This document shows, piece by piece, positions 19,697 to 28,991 of a stretch of 64,000 nt of DNA. Location of the stretch: positions 30,939 to 94,938 of the forward strand of contig JACPIE010000038.1 of assembly GCA_016188245.1 (NCBI GenBank), in the 5' to 3' direction. Under the pieces are notes generated by a model that saw nothing but the letters and a program-made list of their open reading frames with translations, was not told where the DNA came from and did not search any database. The stretch is from Candidatus Woesearchaeota archaeon (GTDB taxonomy: Archaea; Nanobdellota; Nanobdellia; Woesearchaeales; GW2011-AR4). The translations under genes and the position numbers were made by a program. The stretch's first letter is position 1; each line of letters starts with the position of its first letter.

Positions 19697-20863
19697 ATGG
19701 ACAAAACAAAATTAATCAGGGCAATCCAAAGGGCTAAGATCCCATTAGTTATGATTATACTGCTGGCACTTGGCTTTATGCTGTTTGAATTGTCATCAAA
19801 AGACACCAAAGCAGAAACAGAATTTGACAAGATGAAGAAAGCTGCAAAATACTGCACAAATCCCACTTCTACAGACCCAAAATGCATTGAATTATTTGCT
19901 GAAATAAATGGAGCAATGCACTCAAGCTCAAATGACCTTCAGAAAACAGCACAGGAAAAAATAGGGATTGTCGGAAAATATGGAGAAGATGGCGTGTTTA
20001 ATGCAACTGAATACCTGTCAACATGGAATTTTGACAATCTTCCAGCGAATGAAAGAAGCAAATTTTACAGAGAAACAAAGAGACCTGGCGGCAGCTTACT
20101 GAGGGAATACTGGATTTATGCTGAGGACAAGGAAATTGAAATTGCACCCGGTGTTTTCTTTCCCGCATGGACATACAACGGGCAGGTTCCTGCCCCTACA
20201 ATAAGGGCCACAGAAGGCGACAGAATCAGGATTCACTTTACAAATAAAGGGACAAAGCCCCATACAATGCACTTTCACGGATTCCACCAATCTTCAATGG
20301 ATGGCTCAATGCCTGAAGATTTTGTTTATCCTGGACAAAGCTTCACTTACGAATTCGATGCAGACCCTTTTGGAGTCCACTTATTTCATTGCCATTCCGT
20401 TCCGTTGAAGCAGCACATTTCAAAAGGGCTTTATGGGGCATACATTGTAGACCCAAAAAACGACACCAGGCCCAAAGCAGACAAAGAAATGGTCATGGTA
20501 ATGAACGCATTTGATACAACTCTGGACGGAGAAAATGAAGTTTATGCAGTAAACACAAAGGCGTTTTATTATGCTATGGACCCAATTAAAGTTAAAAAAG
20601 ATGAATTGATAAGAATTTATTTAATAAACATTATTGAATTTGATCCAATAAACTCTTTCCATCTTCATGCAACTTTCTTTGATGAGTATAGGACAGGAAC
20701 AAAACAAGAGCCGAATGCTTACACAGATATTGTGTCATTTGCACAAGCAGAAAGATCAATTTTGGATGTAAAATTCAAATATCCTGGCATGTACATGTTC
20801 CATGCCCACGTCACAGAATTCACAGAGCTGGGATGGATGGGGTTTTTTGAGGTAACCGAATAA
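19697..20863 (+). CDS. two-domain multicopper oxidase family protein (laccase/NirK-like), membrane-anchored
   Basis: Copper-ligand motifs 'TMHFHGFH', 'HCHSVPLKQHISKGLYG' (T1 Cys-His) and 'MFHAHVTEF'. N-terminal TM helix. Confidence 0.65.
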   Translation: MDKTKLIRAIQRAKIPLVMIILLALGFMLFELSSKDTKAETEFDKMKKAAKYCTNPTSTDPKCIELFAEINGAMHSSSNDLQKTAQEKIGIVGKYGEDGVFNATEYLSTWNFDNLPANERSKFYRETKRPGGSLLREYWIYAEDKEIEIAPGVFFPAWTYNGQVPAPTIRATEGDRIRIHFTNKGTKPHTMHFHGFHQSSMDGSMPEDFVYPGQSFTYEFDADPFGVHLFHCHSVPLKQHISKGLYGAYIVDPKNDTRPKADKEMVMVMNAFDTTLDGENEVYAVNTKAFYYAMDPIKVKKDELIRIYLINIIEFDPINSFHLHATFFDEYRTGTKQEPNAYTDIVSFAQAERSILDVKFKYPGMYMFHAHVTEFTELGWMGFFEVTE

Positions 20864-20864
20864 A

Positions 20865-22070
20865 ATGGAAAATTCACCGGAAAAACAAAGTAAAGTGAAG
20901 TTTTGGATGAAGGCTTTGCTGCCTTTGATATTGCTGGGAATTCTCCTCATGATTTTTGTAAAATTCGGCCCACTTGGAGTTTTCAAATCATCAGTTGTTC
21001 CAATAGAAAATATTTTCATACAAAGGGTTGTTTTTTCACCCGAGCATATTTCACTGGAAGTGTTTAATGACGGGCCTGAGCCGGTAACAATAGCGCAAGT
21101 TCTTGTAAATGATGCTTACTGGCAGTTTGAAATGGCTCCAAGCGCCACACTTGAGCCTTTGGACAAGGGGAAAATTGAGATAGATTACCCGTGGCTTGAG
21201 GGAGACTTTGAAAAAATAACTTTAGTATCCAGAAACGGAGTTACCTTTGAAAAAGAAATTGAAGTCGCTTCCATGACGCCTACATTCAACAGATTTTATC
21301 TTAAAACATTTGCGCTGCTTGGAATTTATGTCGGTGTTATTCCAGTCTTGCTTGGACTGCTGTGGCTTCCATTTTTGAGGATGCTAAAAGAAAGATGGTA
21401 CAGCTTTTTGCTTGCCTTGACAATAGGATTGCTCGTATTCTTGGGGTTTGACGCGCTTGCGGAAGCATTTGATCTTTTGGGAGAGATACCCGGCGCATTT
21501 AACGGAATAGGAATCATATTGATTGGATTCACTTTGGCAGTCCTGACTTTGTCTGCTATAAGCTATAAGTCAGAGCACCACAGGCAAATCAAAGGCGAGC
21601 ATTTCCAGGCTCTGATATTCGGCTACCTGATTGCGCTTGGAATCGGGCTGCACAATCTGGGGGAAGGGCTTGCAATAGGAAGCGCTTATGCTGTAGGAGA
21701 AGTTGCGCTGGGAAGCTTGCTTGTGATAGGATTTATGATACATAATGTAACCGAAGGGGTTGCAATAGTGGCGCCTTTAACAAGATTCGTAAGGCAAGTC
21801 GGCAATTTCTATTTTCATCTTATTGTGATGGGGCTGCTGGCAGGCGCTCCCACGATAATCGGCGCCGTCATAGGCGGATTTGCATACTCTCCTGCTATGG
21901 CCGTATTGTTTCTTTCAATAGGGGCAGGGGCGATTTTCGATGTTGCATACGACATAATGCATTACATGGCAAAAGGAAAATGGACTTCACTTTTCACTGT
22001 GACAAATGTGCTTGGATTTTTGGCAGGATTGCTGATAATTTATGCAACGGGATTCTTGGTACTGGGTTAA
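20865..22070 (+). CDS. ZIP-family metal cation transporter with N-terminal extracytoplasmic domain
   Basis: Paired 'HNLGEGLAIGSA' and 'HNVTEGVAIVAP' ZIP signature helices. Confidence 0.75.
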   Translation: MENSPEKQSKVKFWMKALLPLILLGILLMIFVKFGPLGVFKSSVVPIENIFIQRVVFSPEHISLEVFNDGPEPVTIAQVLVNDAYWQFEMAPSATLEPLDKGKIEIDYPWLEGDFEKITLVSRNGVTFEKEIEVASMTPTFNRFYLKTFALLGIYVGVIPVLLGLLWLPFLRMLKERWYSFLLALTIGLLVFLGFDALAEAFDLLGEIPGAFNGIGIILIGFTLAVLTLSAISYKSEHHRQIKGEHFQALIFGYLIALGIGLHNLGEGLAIGSAYAVGEVALGSLLVIGFMIHNVTEGVAIVAPLTRFVRQVGNFYFHLIVMGLLAGAPTIIGAVIGGFAYSPAMAVLFLSIGAGAIFDVAYDIMHYMAKGKWTSLFTVTNVLGFLAGLLIIYATGFLVLG

Positions 22071-23348
22071 TTGAACAAGATGGCATTTTTTCAAAAATTT
22101 TTTGATTATTTCAGGATATTCTCGGACAGAAAGCTATTGGCTTTTATGGGTTCCGGGCTGATTGTAAGCGTTGCCTATATGGATCCCGGCAACTGGGGCA
22201 CGGATATCAGCGGAGGAGCCTCATTTAATTATGATCTGCTTTGGGTTGTATGGCTCGCTTCCGGAATGGCTATGCTGTTCCAGTATCTGTCAGGCAAGCT
22301 TGGAATCGCAGGCTATTCATTGCCGGAACTGGTAAAAGAAAAGCTGAAGAAAAAATGGATGGTTTTGCTGTACTGGATTTTGGCAGAGATTGCGATTCTT
22401 GCAACTGACTTGGCAGAATTTTTAGGCATTGTCGTTGCATTAAATCTGCTTTTCGGGATTCCATTATTGTTTGGGGCCTTTGTTGCAGTGGCTGATGTGC
22501 TCATCATACTTCTGCTCACACAAAAAAAATTTCGGGCTTTGGAGCAGTCATTCATCATTTTTGTATCGGTAATAGGGATAGGCTACATTTATGAGCTGTT
22601 CATCACAAAGCCAGATATCTCTTCTGTTGTCCTTCATTCAGTCAAGCCGATACTCACAAAAGAAAGCGCGCTGATTGCAGTCGGAATCATAGGGGCGACT
22701 GTCATGCCGCATGCATTGTTTGTCCATTCATGGCTGATTAAAAACAAGATAATAAGCGCAAATTTCGGCAGCAGGCTTAAAGCGTTGAAGTACCATCTTA
22801 TAGACAATGTAGCTTCACTTACAATTGCGGGGTTCATCAATGCGGCAATAATGATAATGTCTGCAGCGGCTTTCTACAATTCAGGCATAAAAGTCGCAAC
22901 TCTTGACCAGGCTTACACAACCTTAATCCCTCTTTTCGGCAATTTTGCAGCAATTGTCTTTGCGCTTGCGCTTCTCTCCGCAGGCATTTCTTCTTCAGTT
23001 ACAGGCACTTTAGCAGGCCAGTCAGTCATGGACGGCTTAACAGGGTTCAGGATCCCACTGTGGATAAGGAGGGTAATCACAAGACTAATCAATTTGATAC
23101 CGGTTATGGTTGCAATACTGCTTGGAATAGAGCCTTTAAGAATCCTCATCCTGAGCCAGGTTGCACTGAGCCTGCTGATTCCGCTGCCGCTAATCCCTTT
23201 GATAATCTACACTTCAAATAAAAAAATAATGAAAGAGCTGGTAAACAAAAAAATTACAACTGTGTTTGCTGTAATCTTTACTGCCTTGATTTTGGGCTTC
23301 AACGGATACCTGCTTTACCAGGTGATATTTCAAGGAGTGGGGATTTAG
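22071..23348 (+). CDS. mntH: NRAMP-family divalent metal (Mn/Fe) transporter
   Basis: 'AYMDPGNWGTDISGGA' (DPGN motif) and 'MPHALFVHS'. 11-12 TM segments. Confidence 0.85.
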   Translation: MNKMAFFQKFFDYFRIFSDRKLLAFMGSGLIVSVAYMDPGNWGTDISGGASFNYDLLWVVWLASGMAMLFQYLSGKLGIAGYSLPELVKEKLKKKWMVLLYWILAEIAILATDLAEFLGIVVALNLLFGIPLLFGAFVAVADVLIILLLTQKKFRALEQSFIIFVSVIGIGYIYELFITKPDISSVVLHSVKPILTKESALIAVGIIGATVMPHALFVHSWLIKNKIISANFGSRLKALKYHLIDNVASLTIAGFINAAIMIMSAAAFYNSGIKVATLDQAYTTLIPLFGNFAAIVFALALLSAGISSSVTGTLAGQSVMDGLTGFRIPLWIRRVITRLINLIPVMVAILLGIEPLRILILSQVALSLLIPLPLIPLIIYTSNKKIMKELVNKKITTVFAVIFTALILGFNGYLLYQVIFQGVGI

Positions 23349-24028
23349 CCGGATTTTGGCAAGTAAACTTCCTTGTAATATTTGCAATATTGGTTTATTG
23401 GACACTCTCGGCAATGCGGGCTTATTGGCTTGCATATGTTCTGCCCAAAAGTCACGAAAATATCGTTAATGTCCTGCCAATATTTTTTCAGGATTATTTT
23501 TTTTAATTCTTCCTCGGTTTGATGCGGATTTTTTGTTTTAACCCAGCCCAATCTGTTTGGAATTCTGTGAACGTGAGTGTCCACAGCAATATATTCTTTT
23601 TTGAAAAATCCGTAAGTCATGACTATATTTGCTGTTTTTCTTCCAACACCCTTGAATTTCATCAATTCATCGAAATCACCAGGAACTTTGCCGTTGTATT
23701 TTTCCAGCAAAGTTTTTGATATTTCTTTTATTCTCTTTGATTTGGTTATATAAAAGTTTACTGATTTTATTATTTTTTTTAGTTTTTTTAATGGAAGCTT
23801 GTTGATTTTTTCAGGAGTGTCGGCAATTTTAAACAAATTTTTAGAAACAGGCCCCGTTATTTTGTCATTTGTCCTTAAGCTCAAAAGGCATGACACAAGA
23901 ACCATGAATGGGCTTCTGGTTTTTTCGCCGATTTCCGTGACAATTGGGTTGGCAAAATTTTTGGCCTCCTTTTTCAGGATTTGCATTACTTTTATTATAC
24001 CCCAATCCTGCATTTTAGAATATTTCAT
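23345..24028 (-). CDS. nth: endonuclease III (HhH-GPD, 4Fe-4S)
   Basis: HhH 'FKGVGRKTANIV', 'VDTHVHRI', and C-terminal Cys cluster 'CKPISPHCRECPINQYC'. Confidence 0.8.
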   Translation of the reverse strand: MKYSKMQDWGIIKVMQILKKEAKNFANPIVTEIGEKTRSPFMVLVSCLLSLRTNDKITGPVSKNLFKIADTPEKINKLPLKKLKKIIKSVNFYITKSKRIKEISKTLLEKYNGKVPGDFDELMKFKGVGRKTANIVMTYGFFKKEYIAVDTHVHRIPNRLGWVKTKNPHQTEEELKKIILKKYWQDINDIFVTFGQNICKPISPHCRECPINQYCKYYKEVYLPKSG

Positions 24029-24078
24029 TTAATTTTGAATATCTGAATTTCAAATGTATTTTTTGCTTACCTATATGC

Positions 24079-24801
24079 TTAACAATTTAGTTTCAGTACT
24101 CCTTCTTTCATCATTTTATCAATTGCCATTTTGACATACCCTTCTATTGTGTCAACGAGATCAAGGTATAATTGTTTGTGCAAGTACTCTCGAGCAACTT
24201 TATCTCTTGAGTCAAATTTTTGAAATTCCCAATACTTCGCCAACCTATCTTCAGGCGGCAGATGCTTAATTGCACGATATTGCTCATCTGGAAGCTTTTT
24301 CTTTAAATTGTCTATTCTTCTTATCTCAATTTCCGGATGCCCTATGTAACCCGTTAAAGTATCAATTACCTTTCTTTCTAAATCAACAGGCATTATTGGA
24401 GAGGCACCACCTGAAACCCCATCATCTGGATACTCTTTTCCAAAAATTTTGTTAAATTCCACTAAATCACTAGTTTCAAAGCCAAGTATGAAATCTGCAG
24501 GCGAGATTATCTTCGGCGTAAGCTTTCTTGCAATGTGCTGGCTATTCAAGAACTCACCTGGTCGATGTTCCCGAACATAAAGAGGATTGTACCCTCGGTC
24601 CCTTAATGCCAGAAAAAGATCGTGGGGCAACCCGGAATATTTACCGGGGTTTAAGCCCGCAGAGCTTACATCTAGCCAAAGGCCGTGCCTTAATGCAATC
24701 TCTCTTGTTATAATTTCTCCGACAGGGCTCCTATACCTATTTGCAATGCAAAAATAAAGTACATTCAATGGGCGCTCGGATATATCTAATTCTTCTGCCA
24801 T
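24079..24801 (-). CDS. low-molecular-weight phosphotyrosine phosphatase/ArsC-like domain protein with C-terminal extension
   Basis: P-loop 'LYFCIANRYRSP' matches CX5R(S/T). The ~120-aa C-terminal extension is not recognised. GC content looks higher than in the neighbouring genes. Confidence 0.45.
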   Translation of the reverse strand: MAEELDISERPLNVLYFCIANRYRSPVGEIITREIALRHGLWLDVSSAGLNPGKYSGLPHDLFLALRDRGYNPLYVREHRPGEFLNSQHIARKLTPKIISPADFILGFETSDLVEFNKIFGKEYPDDGVSGGASPIMPVDLERKVIDTLTGYIGHPEIEIRRIDNLKKKLPDEQYRAIKHLPPEDRLAKYWEFQKFDSRDKVAREYLHKQLYLDLVDTIEGYVKMAIDKMMKEGVLKLNC

Positions 24802-24802
24802 A

Positions 24803-25501
24803 TTATTTCAAAATCCTCCCGTTCTTCCTGCTCCACAGCAATAAGTCCAGCTCATCCATGCCAATTCCAATTTCTTTTGAAAAGTCAATGAATTTTTGCT
24901 CCATTTCAAGATATTCTTTTGCATTTTTCGGCTTGTCGTTTGTTTTCAAGATGCCAAATTCATAAAGTGAATTGATTATATGCTTGTCCAAAATAGCATA
25001 GCCCTTAAACCCAATGTTTCTCAAGAAATGGGAAGCTTCTTTCATGGCAAGCCCTTTAATATCCTTGTTTAATGCAAAGAAATCCCTCAATTCGTTTTTG
25101 TTTTTGAATGATTTTATTTTATTTTTTAATTCAAAATTCAATGCGTTTTTAAGGTATGCCCTCGTATGGACAATATGGGATGGCCTAACATTATTAAACC
25201 TGTAAATTCCTTCCAGCCTTCTGGTCATCTCATCTGCAGTTCCGCTTATCAGAACATTCCTGACAGCATCAACAGCCTTGGCGCTCATCTCAGCGCTCGT
25301 GTTGGCCGTGAAGATGCAGAAGGCAAGTTCCTCAAAAATCCTATAGTCATCCTTTGCCCCTGAAGGAAGCAGCCTTAACTCTCCATTGGCGTAATGCCAG
25401 GAATAAGGCTCATTGAAGAATTTTTCAAACTGCTGCAGCCTTTCCTGTATCATGCTTCTTTTATTTTTATAGTCCGAAGTTAACTGCCCAATCTTGTCCA
25501 T
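24803..25501 (-). CDS. N-glycosylase/DNA lyase, archaeal Ogg2-type (8-oxoguanine)
   Basis: HhH-GPD-like 'KEASHFLRNIGFKGYAILDKHI', length ~230 aa. Confidence 0.6.
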   Translation of the reverse strand: MDKIGQLTSDYKNKRSMIQERLQQFEKFFNEPYSWHYANGELRLLPSGAKDDYRIFEELAFCIFTANTSAEMSAKAVDAVRNVLISGTADEMTRRLEGIYRFNNVRPSHIVHTRAYLKNALNFELKNKIKSFKNKNELRDFFALNKDIKGLAMKEASHFLRNIGFKGYAILDKHIINSLYEFGILKTNDKPKNAKEYLEMEQKFIDFSKEIGIGMDELDLLLWSRKNGRILK

Positions 25502-25669
25502 GAAAAAAGAATATCGGGATGTTTTTTAAAGCTTGCCTTGGCAGAGGAGCCAGCGCTGGCAAGCCATAAAAACACCTGAGAGTTCACATTATTCGCCTCA
25601 TCACTTGGAATCACCTCTTAACGCCCAGAGGCTATTCTTATATAAATATTTAATTGAAAAAATTATTCC

Positions 25670-26161
25670 TTAAAGAATATTAACCTTTGCATTTTTGGCC
25701 TTATTATGCGCAATCAAAATGAAAACAGCCATTAATGCGGAGTAATTTACAGCCATAAACCATGGAGTGCCCCAGCTTATGCCGTCGAACCTGTAGCTGG
25801 AAACCGGCCAGAGAAAAGGCGTTGGAAAGTACCTGAAAGAATGGGTTGGAATGTCGATAATGATATGCATGGCCCAGGCAGTCAAAGGCCAGAACCATTT
25901 TTTTGTGAATAGGTAAACAAGGGCAAAAACAGCGCCAAACATCACAAGGCTGTGTGTCATATTATAGGCGGCAAAAAGCCATTCCGGAAGCCCATTAACG
26001 GATGGAGGCCCCCTGTGAAAATTTCCATTGAATAAATTCATAACAAAGATTATCCCAAAAGAGAGGAAATCCGGCAGCAATCCGAATAAAACAGCCATCC
26101 AAACATATTTTTTCCTGTGAAATGCAGCGTAGCTCCACAATCCATGCGCAAAGATGTCCAT
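25670..26161 (-). CDS. membrane-bound metal-dependent hydrolase (DUF457/YdjM-like)
   Basis: Small 4-TM protein with conserved His residues ('FAHGLWSY', 'HSLVMFG', 'HIIIDIPTH'). Confidence 0.4.
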   Translation of the reverse strand: MDIFAHGLWSYAAFHRKKYVWMAVLFGLLPDFLSFGIIFVMNLFNGNFHRGPPSVNGLPEWLFAAYNMTHSLVMFGAVFALVYLFTKKWFWPLTAWAMHIIIDIPTHSFRYFPTPFLWPVSSYRFDGISWGTPWFMAVNYSALMAVFILIAHNKAKNAKVNIL

Positions 26162-26162
26162 T

Positions 26163-26720
26163 TTATTTTAACTTCAAGCTAAACTCAATACCGCTTCCAA
26201 TCGGCACCAGCACACTTCTCAAATCTTTATGGCTTCTTAAATAATGCAAGTAGTCCATCATGTATTTTTCAAACATTATTGCATTGTCAGCCACGATTAT
26301 CGCATTTTTTGTCAATTTAGGATAAGCCAATTTAAAGTAATTGATGTAGTCTTCTTTAATTGCGTCCAGAAACAAGAAATCAAATTTATCCTTTAATTTC
26401 GGAATTTCTTCAAGAGCATCGCCATGAACTATTTTCACATTGCTTAATCTTGCTCTCTTGAAGTTTTCTTTGGCTATCTTTACTTTATGCTCTGAAATCT
26501 CAATTGTTGTTACATTGCCTTTATTCTGCTTAGCTGCCTCCCCAAGCCAGATTGTGGAGTAGCCATTAGAAGCTCCAATCTCAAGAATATTCTTTGCCTT
26601 TGAAATCAAAACCAAAATATAAAAAAATTCTCCTGTGGCAGCAGAAATATTGTAATAACCGCTATTCCTATTGCCAAATTCTTCCAACTCCATCAATAAC
26701 ATTCTTGTTGATCCTTTCAT
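26163..26720 (-). CDS. class I SAM-dependent O-methyltransferase (family 3, caffeoyl-CoA OMT-like)
   Basis: 'ILEIGASNGYSTIWL' SAM motif and 'FDFLFLDAIKEDY'. Confidence 0.75.
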   Translation of the reverse strand: MKGSTRMLLMELEEFGNRNSGYYNISAATGEFFYILVLISKAKNILEIGASNGYSTIWLGEAAKQNKGNVTTIEISEHKVKIAKENFKRARLSNVKIVHGDALEEIPKLKDKFDFLFLDAIKEDYINYFKLAYPKLTKNAIIVADNAIMFEKYMMDYLHYLRSHKDLRSVLVPIGSGIEFSLKLK

Positions 26721-27889
26721 TGGATTATCGGGTGCGCTTTTGTCCTGTACTCCTTGTTGTCTTTCATCAGTTTGTAAAAAGCTATTGTGCCTGCGAGCAC
26801 TACCAAAGCGCTTGATACAAAAACAAATGTAATCCCGGTTCCAATCATAATGAGCCCTGCAATTATCGGCCCTAAACCTCCCCCGATTCCAAATGCAGTG
26901 TTGAACAGCCCCATCACAGAGCCCATGCCGAGCTTCTTTCCGAGCCTGGCGGTTATTGCGCTTCCAGCCGGGATTGAAATTGCAGAGCCAAGTCCCATGA
27001 GTATGTTAAAGAAAAGCAAAGTGTAAAAACCTGTCGACAAGGGCATGAGCGCAAGCGCAGCAAGCATAACTATGCTCCCTGTTATTGTCATCTTTATCTT
27101 GTCGCTTTTATCCGCCATTATTCCAAAATATCTCTGCAATAATGAAGACGCCAGAAGATTTGAAGAAACTATGAAGCCAATCTGGAATATGCTTACATTA
27201 ATTCTTTCCGCAATCAATGGCAAAAAACCCATAACTGCGCCGATGCCGTATGCGTTCGCCATCCTGAACATGAGCATTGCCTGCATTGTTTTGTCTTTTA
27301 TTATGGTTCTCAGTGGAGACGGATGTGTATTCTTGTGCGCATTAATCTCCGGCAGCATGAACATGAGCAAAAGAAGCGACAAAAAGCTTATCGCCCCCAT
27401 TGTGTAGAACGCGGCATTCATGTTCCACATGTCATGCAAGGTTCCACCTATTATTGGGCCGACAGCCAATCCCATGAAAAATGCTATTGTGAAAGTGCCA
27501 AGATACTTGCCTTCCTGGTTTTTCGGGGCAATATCTCCAATGTAGGCCATTGCTATGGGCAGAACCATTGCGGATGCCAAGCCATGCAGCAGCCTTATTA
27601 TTGTAAGCAAAGCTGTTGTTGACGCAACCGCATAAAAAAAGGATAATATTGTGTAGCCTGCCAGCCCCACTACCATTATGTTTTTTCTTCCTTTCAACTC
27701 AGAGAATTTGCCGATTAAAGGCGTGAACAAAGCCCTTGACAAAGTGAATGAGCCAAAAATCAGCCCGATCATCAGCCCATTTGCGCCAAGGTCTTTTGCA
27801 TAGATTGCCATGAACGGCTCTATTATGCCTGCCCCAAGCATCGTTGCAAAAACAGCGATGAACAAGACTGTAAAAATCCTTTTTTCCAT
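26717..27889 (-). CDS. MFS transporter
   Basis: 12 TM helices. Overlaps the OMT gene by 4 nt. Confidence 0.75.
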   Translation of the reverse strand: MEKRIFTVLFIAVFATMLGAGIIEPFMAIYAKDLGANGLMIGLIFGSFTLSRALFTPLIGKFSELKGRKNIMVVGLAGYTILSFFYAVASTTALLTIIRLLHGLASAMVLPIAMAYIGDIAPKNQEGKYLGTFTIAFFMGLAVGPIIGGTLHDMWNMNAAFYTMGAISFLSLLLLMFMLPEINAHKNTHPSPLRTIIKDKTMQAMLMFRMANAYGIGAVMGFLPLIAERINVSIFQIGFIVSSNLLASSLLQRYFGIMADKSDKIKMTITGSIVMLAALALMPLSTGFYTLLFFNILMGLGSAISIPAGSAITARLGKKLGMGSVMGLFNTAFGIGGGLGPIIAGLIMIGTGITFVFVSSALVVLAGTIAFYKLMKDNKEYRTKAHPIIQ

Positions 27890-27920
27890 CAGAACAGAAA
27901 TTCTTTCTTATTTTTAAGCA

Positions 27921-28481
27921 TTATCCTTCTCCCAAATTGGTTACCATGCATTCCAGCAAAAGCGGGAAGGTGTCAAAGCCTGCTTTGCTGTTTAAATGCC
28001 CCCCATTCGGGATTATGTTCAGCTCTGCATTTAATATGCCTGCCATCTCTTTTGTTAATTCAAGCGGTATGTACTGGTCGTTGTCTGACGCGAACACAAA
28101 AAAATTGCCGCAGCTCCCTTTTATTTTTTCCCAGTCGAATTCCCTGCCGACAAAAGTCGCGTTTAACTCCTTGAACTCATTTTCTATCAGCTTATGGTAG
28201 CCTGCCACCAGGAATGCCGCTTTTATCTTTTTATCTGGCTGTTCCAGGTAATCAAGTATGAACGCAGCTCCAAGGCTATGCCCAATCAAAACTGTCTCTT
28301 CATTTATCTTGGCTTCATACTTGGAGATTATCCTCATCCAGCTTTCAAGCGACTGGTCCAGAGGTGTTGGAAATTTAGGCACAATGGCTTCATAGCCTCT
28401 GCTTTCAAGCTCTTTTTTCAGCCACGGAAACCAGTTTTCCCCGGGATGCCCGTAAATTCCGTGAATTATTATGAAGTTCAT
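27921..28481 (-). CDS. alpha/beta-hydrolase (RBBP9/YdeN-like serine esterase)
   Basis: 'IIHGIYGHPGENW' and nucleophile elbow 'LIGHSLGAAF'. Confidence 0.6.
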   Translation of the reverse strand: MNFIIIHGIYGHPGENWFPWLKKELESRGYEAIVPKFPTPLDQSLESWMRIISKYEAKINEETVLIGHSLGAAFILDYLEQPDKKIKAAFLVAGYHKLIENEFKELNATFVGREFDWEKIKGSCGNFFVFASDNDQYIPLELTKEMAGILNAELNIIPNGGHLNSKAGFDTFPLLLECMVTNLGEG

Positions 28482-28990
28482 TTTATCTTTGCAAATATCA
28501 TCACATCAATGAGTTTGCCGTCTTTTAAAGTGTATTTTTTCATCACACCTTCCAGTTTATAGTTGTTTTTTTTGAGTATTCTGGCGGAAGCCATGTTTCT
28601 GCAAAAAACTATGGCATATACCCTTCTAAGCCTTAATTTTTTGAACCCAAAATCTGTGGCTAATCTTAATGCTTCGCTCATTATTCCCCTATTCCAATAT
28701 TTCCTGCCAAGCCAATATCCAATTTCAGCCCTGTGGATTTTGATTTCCCTGAAGCCAATCCCTCCAATGGCCTCTCCGCCCACATCAATCGCAAAATTAA
28801 TCATTTTTTTGCCAGCATCAGGAAGCTTATTGCTTTTTATGAATTCCAGGGCGTCTTTTCTCGTGTAAGGATAAGGTATGCTGCATGTATTCCTGTAGAC
28901 ATGCCTGTCATTAATATTCCTAATCAGGGATGATTCGTCGCCTTTTCTGTAAGGCCGCAAAATAAATTTCCTTGATTTTAAAATGGCCAT
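28478..28990 (-). CDS. GNAT family N-acetyltransferase (RimJ/RimL-like)
   Basis: 'RAEIGYWLGRKYWNRGIMSEALRL' acetyl-CoA binding motif. Confidence 0.7.
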   Translation of the reverse strand: MAILKSRKFILRPYRKGDESSLIRNINDRHVYRNTCSIPYPYTRKDALEFIKSNKLPDAGKKMINFAIDVGGEAIGGIGFREIKIHRAEIGYWLGRKYWNRGIMSEALRLATDFGFKKLRLRRVYAIVFCRNMASARILKKNNYKLEGVMKKYTLKDGKLIDVMIFAKIK

Positions 28991-28991
28991 T

